Made by a program: the position numbers and the translations under genes. From the IMG/VR virus record IMGVR_UViG_3300050156_000143, positions 1 to 64,000 of that record: a stretch of DNA of 64,000 nucleotides. The stretch is one strand, 5' to 3'. The notes beneath the pieces were generated by a model that saw only the letters and a program-made list of their open reading frames with translations, was not told the origin of the DNA and made no database searches. Source of the stretch: a virus. Its lineage: Duplodnaviria > Caudoviricetes. Positions within the stretch are counted from its first letter, which is position 1. Each line of letters begins with the position of its first letter. Positions 55,446-64,000 of the stretch are shown in pieces.

Positions 55446-56290
55446 TCATCCATAGTAGTGAGCGATTTCATCAGAAAATACCCAGTCATATACACGATCG
55501 TTCAAACTATCTCCACCATTCCAATACACTCTATATGCTGGCTCGGTGGTATCAATCATGTCAATGATCCAATAAACGTGTTCTGCATCATTGGAGTCGC
55601 ATAGGATGTTGCCTGACCATCCAGCATCTGCCCGTTGATTCCTAATAGGGTACAACGTAACTCTAACTTTGTCTCCAACGCAAAAGCCCCGTAGAAGGCT
55701 GATTATTTCATCTTGATCAGACATCTTGATCTCCATAGTGGTATGCAAGGCGGGCAGATGGAATCCACATTTTAAATGGGGCAGAGTTAAGATTAGTATG
55801 TTGGTTGGAAAATGATATTCTGGCCCATTTTGTGGACTCACGATCGCTAACAACGCCTATCACTGTGCCAATATCACCGACATTGTACAAAAATTCATCC
55901 TGATGAACCGGGGAGCTTACGATGATCACTTTATCACCAGGCTGAAAGTCGCCCCGTAACAAATTTGCCAAAACAATTTCATCCATATTATTCCCCATAA
56001 TAATAGACCAATTCTTCAGAACATACTGGCATCATGCGGGGTATTGAGCATAGATCGTCTTGCCGTCTAACACACCAAGGTGGCTCTATCCCATCCTCAT
56101 ACTTTTCGATCACCACGCATATTGTCCCTGGTGGATAATCGTCCATCTCGGTTTGCGATCTTTTGTCAGTGAACCTCGGGAGTGATATTTTTCGTTTTGA
56201 TACATCATTTGACAATATTTTCACCAAGTCACCTGGCTGAAAATCACCCAGCAAAAGTGTGGCCACCCGTTCTTCACAAATTTCGTTCAT
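55446..56290 (-). CDS. Tandem array IV of family A: 55988-56290, 55717-55986, 55446-55724
   Basis: VATLLLGDFQPGD / LANLLRGDFQPGD / DEIISLLRGFCVGD; (H/Y)YG ends. Confidence 0.85.
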
Positions 56291-56648
56291 GATGATTAAA
56301 AACTGTTGTGAATGGTGTCAAAAGTTTCATTCAATTTGCTTCCCATTTGGGCCGTTCGAGCTGTTTGGGTGGCGACCGTTTTTGTAATTTCCTCTAACAA
56401 TATGACAATATCGGTTAGATCGTCCGCCACTTTTGATTCACAAATTCGTTTGATTGTCGCTTCTAACATATATGTTACGTTGCGTAATTTGGTGGATTGA
56501 TCTTCACCCTTGGCCACAGTCATCAATTCCACACAAAAATCTGTGTGTTCACCATAGTCAATCGATGTGACTACTTCCTCCATATACAACAATTCCTCAA
56601 TTTGCTCAGGCGTTAAAGTCCCATGCAATTTAAAATATTCGGCATTGG

Positions 56649-57380
56649 TTAATGGCATTTTGTATTCCTTATTTGATTCAATGCTCGGCGAATGGCACTT
56701 TGATCTTTTACCTCAATCCACCCGTCTTGTTCATATTCCTGCACTTTTGCTTGTGTTGTTTTTCTGCACATATCTGCGTTCACCATATATGCGGGTTTTG
56801 TAGCAATACGTTGGTCAAAAGTCTGTGTCCATTCTGTTAAAGACGGTGCTTGCCGCTTTGGAAACTTTCTGACACAAGATTGGTCGTAATTTGTGAACCA
56901 CACCATTTCATCGGGATGGTTAGTTTTAGAGGCATATCTGTAATTGCCAGTAGACACCAAAACTTCTGCTTCACCTTGGGGCACACTTTGAATTACACCG
57001 TTCACATCGATTATTTTCACTTTGCCCTTGAACCGTGCAGAAGTCGATTCGGCCACTAACAGCCGTGCTCGCTCATACTGTCGAGAGAATTTTGCAGTGC
57101 CTGTGGCTCCACGTAGTAGAACAAATGCACACGCCATTTTGGAACTAGCTTGACCCGACGTGATTTTTGTCAGGATGTAATGACACACAAAATGCTCACG
57201 AGGGGTCAAATCTACCAAATTGTCTTTGGTGTTGTCTCCACCCATTGAGCGGGGGATTATGTGATGCCTCTCGCATTTTCCTGGAGAAGGTCTGTTTTTA
57301 GCATTAGCAATGATCTTCAAGTACCAGTCCAGCAATTTGCCAGGGGCAAACATGGTCAATGCAGTAGTGGATGGATTCAT
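56649..57380 (-). mobile_element. HNH homing endonuclease
   Basis: ERHHIIPRSMGGDNTKDNLVDLTPREHFVCH. Confidence 0.88.
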
Positions 57381-58113
57381 GACGCAAAGTATAACGCAAA
57401 ACTGCGACCTAGGTCGCAGTTTTGCTCATGGTGGTAACAAGATTCGTTGCATCAAGCCTTCAACGACTTGATGGTGTAAGTCGCCCAAGACCCCGGTGCC
57501 CACACTTTGGTGTACGCTTTGCCCGTCACGATCAATTCGCCGTGGGTTCCAACTTGGACGTCAGTTTTGGATTCAACTTCCAAGCGAATCGGGTAATATG
57601 CGTCGTCGGCAATCGCCGCCGTAGTGAGGGACACGAGAACTTGCATGGGCGTTGTAACCTTGGAATCCATGCTCATCACAGCGTCAAGCTCTGTTTTCAG
57701 CATGATTGTGTCATTGTGGAGGACGGCATGTGCTGTAAGATCAAGTTTGCCCCATTCGCTAGCTTGCTCGCCTTGTGTATACATATATATCCGATCATCG
57801 CCCGGTTCGACCAGCTCAACACCGTCGATCCCCACACAACCAATATATGGCAACGTGGTGTCTAAGATTTCAGTGCCGCGCTTCCACCAGGTCGCGCCAT
57901 TTGCAATCATGATTTGTTGAATTTGCGCAGATTGTGAGGCGCTATCAACACGGACGGTCAGTCCAGGAGTCACCATTGCCATTTTTGCTAGCTCGGACAT
58001 GTTGTTGACGATATTCATGTTAATTCCTGAAAAGTTGTCTGCGTCAGTGCAGTGAATGCAGTGTACAACAATATTCCCAACATTGTCAAAACCCATGTGA
58101 AACGGTCGGAAAT

Positions 58114-58137
58114 AAAAAAGCCACCCGAAGGTGGCTT
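58114..58137 (-). terminator. Intrinsic terminator with C(UUCG)G loop
   Basis: Minus strand reads GCCACC-TTCG-GGTGGC-TTTTTT. Confidence 0.85.
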
Positions 58138-58354
58138 CAACATCATGCAAAACGCCCAATGCGTGTGTTCAGTGTGTCAACGTACTCTCGCATGATGGCC
58201 AATTGTTTCGACAATAATTGCTGATCAATTTCAGGCAGACTCTGGTAAATCCGCCCCCCCCACGAATGTCCCAAGTGCATCAACTTTGACTTGCAGTGCA
58301 TCTCGCTCATCGCGCACTCGTTGTTGATAATCGTTCATAAAAAGTCCTTTCAAG

Positions 58355-58807
58355 TTAAAGCCCAGCGTCTTCCAAACCTGCACATCGCAGCCTGGTGATA
58401 TTGTTCAAAGCATACGATTTACTTTCTAATGCTTTGATGATTCCTAGATACTTGTTGCGAATTAATGCAACTTCGTTGATTTTCAGCTCATAGTCGATCA
58501 CGTCTGGATCGCCGTCGGTGTATTTTTCGGCAACTTGAGGAGTCAATGCTCGCTGATTGTTTTCCAAAAAGTTCCGAAAGATGGTTCGACGCTTGCTCCT
58601 AAGTTGGATATTCATGTAATTCAGGATGGCTTCAATTTCTTGAAGTTGGTTGAATCGCAGTTCAGTCGTTCCAGGCATCATTGAAATATTCTGTTCAATT
58701 CGGCCTTTGACTGATGTCTCGCATGACGCGGTTTGCAACTCGTTTTCATAAAATTGCAAACACTGCGGTAAACATGCGAAATCATTGACCACACGGTTAT
58801 ACCACAT
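58355..58807 (-). CDS. uvsY: UvsY-like recombination mediator
   Basis: AEKYTDGDPDV...RNKYLGIIKALESK...GLED; helical, next to uvsX. Confidence 0.8.
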   Translation of the reverse strand: MWYNRVVNDFACLPQCLQFYENELQTASCETSVKGRIEQNISMMPGTTELRFNQLQEIEAILNYMNIQLRSKRRTIFRNFLENNQRALTPQVAEKYTDGDPDVIDYELKINEVALIRNKYLGIIKALESKSYALNNITRLRCAGLEDAGL

Positions 58808-59080
58808 TTAGTCTTCGCACCAATCATCGTCGTCATATTCATCGGGATCACACGTCTGGTCGTAACCACGAATTGCACCCATCATGGCAGAATCACCCCG
58901 AAATGATTCCTTGATTTCAGTTATTTCATGCCCATTATCAACCAATGCTTGCAGCAAGTCATCAGCGGCGTATTTCACATCGGTGCTCTGCACATGTGGC
59001 AGCATGAGTTCCCAAACCTGGGTAACAGTTTCAATATCCATGTTGTTCCTCTACGTTAAGGGCAGATAGCCCAAAAAATT

Positions 59081-60145
59081 TTACTCGGAAAGCTCCAATA
59101 CTGGCATTTTGGCAATTTTGCTAGGAAAATCGTTAATCACAGTATCCAGCGCATTGTTTTCATTTTTATTCCACTCTTTTCGGAAATACTTGAGAATTTC
59201 ACCCGATGACGTGGTATATGCGTAGCGATTGCCTTCTTTACTCAACAATCCGTTCTTTTCCATCAAACTGAACATCCCCGAATACAAACTGAGGCCAGTA
59301 TCATATGGAATATGCACTTCAATGTCTTCAAACGGTTTGGCATACCGTGTTTTCATGATCTTACATCCTGCACGAATGCCAAGAACATCTGTGGTCTTAT
59401 TGCCATCAGTATCTTCTTTTAGTTTTAATTTCTTCATCGCAATCACAATGCTTGCAGCATAGACTGCACCCTGACCACCACTGATTTTATCATCCGGGCT
59501 ATACGGGTCTTGTGAAGCATAGGTGTGATTTGTGCAAACCATCCCCAGATTCAACTCACCAAACATGTTAACACAGTTGCGAACCAAGGCTGCCAACGCT
59601 TTTGGCTTACGCCCCATGTCACCTTTTAAATCACCGTCTTCAAACTGTTTAACATCAGTTGGGGTCATTAGCATCCCCAAACTGTCAATCACGATCAACA
59701 CCTTTTGGCGATCTTCAACCGGGGTTTCTCGGTATAAGGCAACAAATTCAGTGATAGTCTTAGCAACGGCATCAATCTGTGACATAGAAAGTTTCATCAA
59801 CTTTTCCTCACTCGTATCAACACCCAGGTCTTGTAACCAAGATTCATCCAGTGCGTTTTCAGTGTCAATCAACACCACAAAAATACCGGCCTTTTGCGCG
59901 TTTCGGACAATATTGCCTGAACAAATGTAGGACTTTCCCGCACCACTTTCGCCAGCGATCATGGACACTTTACCTAGTGGCACGCCTTTCTTGAAATCTC
60001 CCGAAATCAGGTAATTCAAAGCGTAGTTGCCAGTACAAATCCAATCTTTTGGGTCATTAAAACCAACGCCCAAACCTTCAACTGATTTTGTTAGAGTCTT
60101 GCGAAGTTTACTTACATCAAACGGTTTAACCAAAATTTCTCCCAA
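59081..60145 (-). CDS. uvsX: UvsX/RecA-like recombinase
   Basis: AGESGAGKS, IDTENALD, VIDSLG, TNHTY, SGGQG, KTRYAKPF. Confidence 0.95.
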   Translation of the reverse strand: MGEILVKPFDVSKLRKTLTKSVEGLGVGFNDPKDWICTGNYALNYLISGDFKKGVPLGKVSMIAGESGAGKSYICSGNIVRNAQKAGIFVVLIDTENALDESWLQDLGVDTSEEKLMKLSMSQIDAVAKTITEFVALYRETPVEDRQKVLIVIDSLGMLMTPTDVKQFEDGDLKGDMGRKPKALAALVRNCVNMFGELNLGMVCTNHTYASQDPYSPDDKISGGQGAVYAASIVIAMKKLKLKEDTDGNKTTDVLGIRAGCKIMKTRYAKPFEDIEVHIPYDTGLSLYSGMFSLMEKNGLLSKEGNRYAYTTSSGEILKYFRKEWNKNENNALDTVINDFPSKIAKMPVLELSE

Positions 60146-60229
60146 GATAGCATAAAAATGCTAGTCAAATTAATTTCAACCATGTCATAAAAAATGGGAA
60201 CATTATGTTCCCATTTTGCTACTCAGTGT

Positions 60230-61240
60230 TTAGCGAGGGGTTGCGCCACGATTGCGGATAGCTGCAAGTCGATCCATGATGTCACTTTTCATAGCAGGCT
60301 TATTAACTTCTGGCACTACCGGGGTTTGGGCAGTGTTTTCCCAGGGAGCATCACCAGATTCTGGTGTTTTTGCCTCATCGTCGGCGTCAGCCTGAGCGGT
60401 GGGCTGTGGGGCAGAGGTTTGTTTAAACTCAACTCCATAGGGCTTGTAAAAATTGCCCCACCGTTCCACATCGTACAACCCACCATCCACGCTCACATCG
60501 AACATTTCACGAATGGCAATCAGACAAGCGGCATCCGGGCGCTTGGGCAAGAACTTCTCCAAATCGTTCAGCCCATATTTTTCAATAGCCTCACGCTCGG
60601 CAGCGGTCAATGCGGATTCACGCTTCTTGAATCCAGATTCATCATAGTTGGCAAATTCACCGGACTTGCCCTTCTTGATCACAAAATCAAGACCTTGCTC
60701 GTAATCGGACGGTGAAGCAATAGTTTCCTCGTCGTCAATATTGGCGATCAACTTGCCACCCAGCTTTTTGGACAGCATGAAACTACGGATTGGGTTCTCG
60801 GGCTGTTGGTCATCTTTGGCTGGATTGTCACCTCGCACAAAACCTTGCAAGATGAAATCTTTCTTTGGCCAATATTGACGACCAAGTTCCACCAGAGAAG
60901 GGTCTTTGGATTTGAACCATGCACGCAAATCGGGCATGATCGGGCAGTCCATTTTGTGACCAAAGATTCCGTACATTTCCACGCACGGTACTTTCACGGT
61001 GACTTCACCGACAGAAGGATCATTCTTGATGCCAGCAAACTTGATGGAAATCATTTGGCGCTCGGCCCAGTACCAGGGGTTATCCTTATTGGCATCAGGC
61101 AGAAACCGTAGTGTCACGCTGCTGTTAGTGGGAATGTCCCAATGTTTGTAGAGCTGGTTTGCATCACCCTTTTTACCAGCGTTTTCTTGGGATTCTTTGA
61201 TCTTAGCGCGCAGAGCACGCATTTCTTGAATAGTAGCCAT
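60230..61240 (-). CDS. gp32-like single-stranded DNA-binding protein
   Basis: LRFLPD, PCVEMYG, YWPKK, GLDFVIKK...FANYDES, acidic tail. Confidence 0.9.
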   Translation of the reverse strand: MATIQEMRALRAKIKESQENAGKKGDANQLYKHWDIPTNSSVTLRFLPDANKDNPWYWAERQMISIKFAGIKNDPSVGEVTVKVPCVEMYGIFGHKMDCPIMPDLRAWFKSKDPSLVELGRQYWPKKDFILQGFVRGDNPAKDDQQPENPIRSFMLSKKLGGKLIANIDDEETIASPSDYEQGLDFVIKKGKSGEFANYDESGFKKRESALTAAEREAIEKYGLNDLEKFLPKRPDAACLIAIREMFDVSVDGGLYDVERWGNFYKPYGVEFKQTSAPQPTAQADADDEAKTPESGDAPWENTAQTPVVPEVNKPAMKSDIMDRLAAIRNRGATPR

Positions 61241-61269
61241 TGTGTATTTTTCCTAATGTAAAGTTTGAT

Positions 61270-61357
61270 ATAGAAAATATGTTTTCTATCGGTGTATCTT
61301 CATACTGAATTCAGTATGAAGTTTCGGTATAAACCAAGCGAATTCCCAGTTTATACC
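61270..61357 (-). promoter_or_regulatory. Three hairpins in the SSB 5' leader
   Basis: Stems 61270-61289 (8 bp), 61298-61321 (perfect 24-bp palindrome), 61326-61357 (9 bp). Confidence 0.6.
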
Positions 61358-61363
61358 CAGAAG

Positions 61364-62593
61364 TTATTTAACCTCTGTTTTGGTTAGCGACGTCGCAACC
61401 CGTTTGAGTTGTGGGTCACTTTGTTGCTGAATCCATGAAGTGATTGTAGCACGAGCATCTGAAGTCGGGGAACGTTTTGCTAAGTTTTTGAGACTCTGTG
61501 TGAGTTCATCGTCTTCGATGATGTCGGTCAACATAGACAGTGCGTTCATCGCATCAGCGCCAACCACAAGTGGATTGTCCATCAGCGCCACCAGTTTGTC
61601 AACATCCATTGGTGATGATGGATACAACGATTCCTTTACTACCTTGTTGGCCCATTGTTCAAGTGCAGTTGTCTTTTTTCCAAAACGCCGCAAGATTGGG
61701 AACGCATTGGTTACACGGTCATCATCGGTTTCAAACAACTTTGCGACCATTTTGACTGACATTGTGGGGTCGGTAAATTCCACTTGGGATTTGAAATATT
61801 CACCATATCCACGCCTTGATGCCAATTTGGCAATAGAGTCTGACAACAATTGGCGATAATCGCGTGCGTGCGTGACAACATCTGTTGCATCATCGCTCAA
61901 CGACGATTCGTTCACAGTCTTACAAAATTTGTTCAAAGTGCGCAACTCTTCGGCTAAACGAGTGATGTGTTCACCACCTGAGTCGTAGATGTTACCACCT
62001 TCAGCCACGTGTCTGGCAAACGCTTTGGCCACTTTTGTGGATTTAGTTGGTAATAAAAATCGCTCACCCGACGTATTCTCAACAAACATCTTATCTATGG
62101 CCCGGTGTCGTTGCTCGGTTTCCGCCAAAGTTCTACTATGATGAATTACTATTTTCACGGATGGGACAGAATCTGAACAAGATTTCTTATCACCTGCCGA
62201 ATAGTATGATTCAACCATTTGCTCACGGTGTTTTCTCTTCGCCATGTCATGGGTCATTTTGTCCATGTTGCTCAATTCAAATCCAAGCTGGTGAGATATT
62301 GCAAAACCTTTGAGGCGTCTTAGCAGTTGATACCACGTTTCATCACCACTTTTACTCTTATCTGAATGTGCAACGTCATCCCCATAATACACTATCAAAT
62401 TGCGCAAACCATCGACCGATGCAGTCACTGTGCCGTAATCTTTGGCGTCTTTGTGGAAATGGAATTGAAATACTTCACCCTGTTCTGGCACCGGGACTTC
62501 TTTGCCATCCACCCCGTAAACTTTTGGTGAATATCCTCGACTCTGTAACAAGTCAAAGAGTTCTCTGTTTGTATTTGATGAATTTCTGGTCAT
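61364..62593 (-). CDS. Conserved hypothetical late protein
   Basis: 409-aa ORF, TAAATA 4 nt upstream. Confidence 0.65.
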   Translation of the reverse strand: MTRNSSNTNRELFDLLQSRGYSPKVYGVDGKEVPVPEQGEVFQFHFHKDAKDYGTVTASVDGLRNLIVYYGDDVAHSDKSKSGDETWYQLLRRLKGFAISHQLGFELSNMDKMTHDMAKRKHREQMVESYYSAGDKKSCSDSVPSVKIVIHHSRTLAETEQRHRAIDKMFVENTSGERFLLPTKSTKVAKAFARHVAEGGNIYDSGGEHITRLAEELRTLNKFCKTVNESSLSDDATDVVTHARDYRQLLSDSIAKLASRRGYGEYFKSQVEFTDPTMSVKMVAKLFETDDDRVTNAFPILRRFGKKTTALEQWANKVVKESLYPSSPMDVDKLVALMDNPLVVGADAMNALSMLTDIIEDDELTQSLKNLAKRSPTSDARATITSWIQQQSDPQLKRVATSLTKTEVK

Positions 62594-62596
62594 GTA

Positions 62597-63700
62597 TTAT
62601 TTACGACGCTTGGTAGCATCGGCCTTTTGCAATTTGGTTTTCACGGTTTGATAATGATGCGAAACCTGTTTGTAAATGTCTCTCACCAGACGGTTGAACA
62701 CGGCGCCTGCTTTGGGATCAGGATAAACAAAGAATCGCGGCGTCACTTTAGTATCAATAATCGACCGGATTTCCGCAGCCACCTTGGCGGGCGATGGCAA
62801 TTGATCAATGTTTTTTATCCCGTTTAAGCCCAACTTGTCAACCACTATGGCTGCATATGACGTCGAAAACGCGCCAACCTCGGTGACGAGCGAAGCATAC
62901 AGCAAATCATGTCGTTCGCGCATTTCCTGAAACTCGTCACGAAACGTTGACTGTTCACCTGATGGTAGTTTTGCAAATTGTTCGGTCGTCATGTACTCCT
63001 GCATATCACGCAAGAGTTTTCTAATACGCTTGTATTCCGTGCCTGCTGATGCACCAAGATGCGAGGCATGAGTTTTAGTGTTGCCTTTGTGCGTAAAGTG
63101 GATGTAATGAGTTAACTCGTGCGCCAAAAGCACGGCCAGGTGATGAAGGTTTGGGACAAAATCACCTGATGAAAATTTGACTAACTGTGTCCATACCGTC
63201 GTTTCCATCATCAAATCGGTAGCCACCCGTTCCACGATGTCATCGACGTCTGATGTGGATGTCATAACTGCGCGAGTGGTATTTGCTACTGCGGCATACA
63301 GTGCCCGTGAAATGAACGTCATTGAATCGGTACTGATGGTCATTCTTTTTGCAGATGTACTATAGCTCGCTTCTGCGCTACCCATGTCAGATATAACAAC
63401 TTCAGATATATCACTGTATTTTTTAGAAGTTCTCAGTAATATAGTCAAATTGGTGCAGAAGTGAGTTTCAATCTGGGACAACCCGTTTTCAGAACGAGTT
63501 ACCATAGAAGTCGCAATCGCACTTGGCAGTCTTTTAGGATTCATGTTGGCAAAGTCATCAGCGTCCAATTCTGTCATGATGGACACCACCGACCGCGTGA
63601 TTGCCGATTTTAGTAGTTTGGTAATAGCGGGTATCTCAACTGTCATTTGCACCGTTTCAGCAACAAATCTCGAATCCGGTCTCGAAAAAACTTTTGTCAT
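62597..63700 (-). CDS. Hypothetical late protein with HExxH motif
   Basis: LAHELTHYIH...TEVGA; TAAATA 4 nt upstream. Confidence 0.6.
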   Translation of the reverse strand: MTKVFSRPDSRFVAETVQMTVEIPAITKLLKSAITRSVVSIMTELDADDFANMNPKRLPSAIATSMVTRSENGLSQIETHFCTNLTILLRTSKKYSDISEVVISDMGSAEASYSTSAKRMTISTDSMTFISRALYAAVANTTRAVMTSTSDVDDIVERVATDLMMETTVWTQLVKFSSGDFVPNLHHLAVLLAHELTHYIHFTHKGNTKTHASHLGASAGTEYKRIRKLLRDMQEYMTTEQFAKLPSGEQSTFRDEFQEMRERHDLLYASLVTEVGAFSTSYAAIVVDKLGLNGIKNIDQLPSPAKVAAEIRSIIDTKVTPRFFVYPDPKAGAVFNRLVRDIYKQVSHHYQTVKTKLQKADATKRRK

Positions 63701-63707
63701 ATATTAT

Positions 63708-64000
63708 TTAAGTTGTTTGCCAATATGTAGAAGTCATGATGCACGGCATGGGCATAACATAATCGGAAACGTTGCGATAGTTTGACTCGACTTCCAAATG
63801 GTACTCTCCAATCTGGATTATCATTCTGAGTGCAAGAATGGCCGCCATAATCAGATCATCGTTGGTTCCGGGTTTGGCCTTATAAGTCCCACCAACTGCC
63901 ACGAAGTTCTTGATTTCAGAGATGAGTGGCTTGGAATGGAATATCATAGTGCCACGCTCTACTAGTTGTTTCAATTTGGCGCATGCAGTCACTTTGGATT
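63708..64000 (-). CDS. Terminase large subunit, C-terminal nuclease end (partial)
   Basis: LISEIKNFV...YKAKPGTNDDLIMA. Confidence 0.85.
   Translation of the reverse strand, partial: SKVTACAKLKQLVERGTMIFHSKPLISEIKNFVAVGGTYKAKPGTNDDLIMAAILALRMIIQIGEYHLEVESNYRNVSDYVMPMPCIMTSTYWQTT

Noticed and set aside
1443-63785. Many overlapping antisense or alternative-frame ORFs in the ORF track (e.g. 1443-1685, 13263-13820, 39897-40475, 57422-57865, 60194-60715)
   Set aside because: They are shadows of well-supported genes, with no RBS or motif evidence.
1-64000. Stop-codon recoding (common in some jumbo phages)
   Set aside because: Core genes are full-length in code 11, and TAA, TAG and TGA are all used as genuine stops.
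1-64000. Prophage or integrative element
   Set aside because: No integrase, att-like boundary or host chromosomal genes; the whole window is phage-like.

Overview
This is a 64-kb segment of a large, T4-like tailed dsDNA (jumbo) phage genome using the standard genetic code. Genes are mostly on + up to ~38.3 kb and on - thereafter. Recognisable core genes are PhoH, a DsbA-like protein, family B DNA polymerase, sliding clamp, RNase H/5' nuclease, UvsW, UvsY, UvsX, gp32-like SSB and the C-terminal end of the large terminase. Accessory genes include a deaminase, nucleotidyltransferase, NUDIX, BCS1-like AAA, amidoligase, RNA ligase, YqeY, holin, phosphoesterase, GH19 lysin, IF-1, Dps, glycosyltransferase, cytidyltransferase, NADAR and HNH. 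Four features stand out. (1) Family A: about 24 small SH3/KOW-like paralogs with a conserved N-terminal tag and C-terminal end around a hypervariable core, in tandem cassette-like arrays with DNA-level repeats at gene junctions. (2) Family B: about 20 small proteins ending in F-x-S/T-E-x-G-Y-x-A-F-x-L-R-W/F. In many members of both families the conserved C-terminal codons double as the next gene's Shine-Dalgarno. (3) A ~740-bp ORF-free region (30177-30913) that folds into a closed multi-helix structure, a candidate large ncRNA or structured origin. (4) Perfect palindromes and TAAATA late-promoter boxes 2-5 nt before start codons. I found no tRNA, rRNA, CRISPR array, reverse transcriptase or integrase. 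All assignments come from reading motifs by eye; no searches were run.
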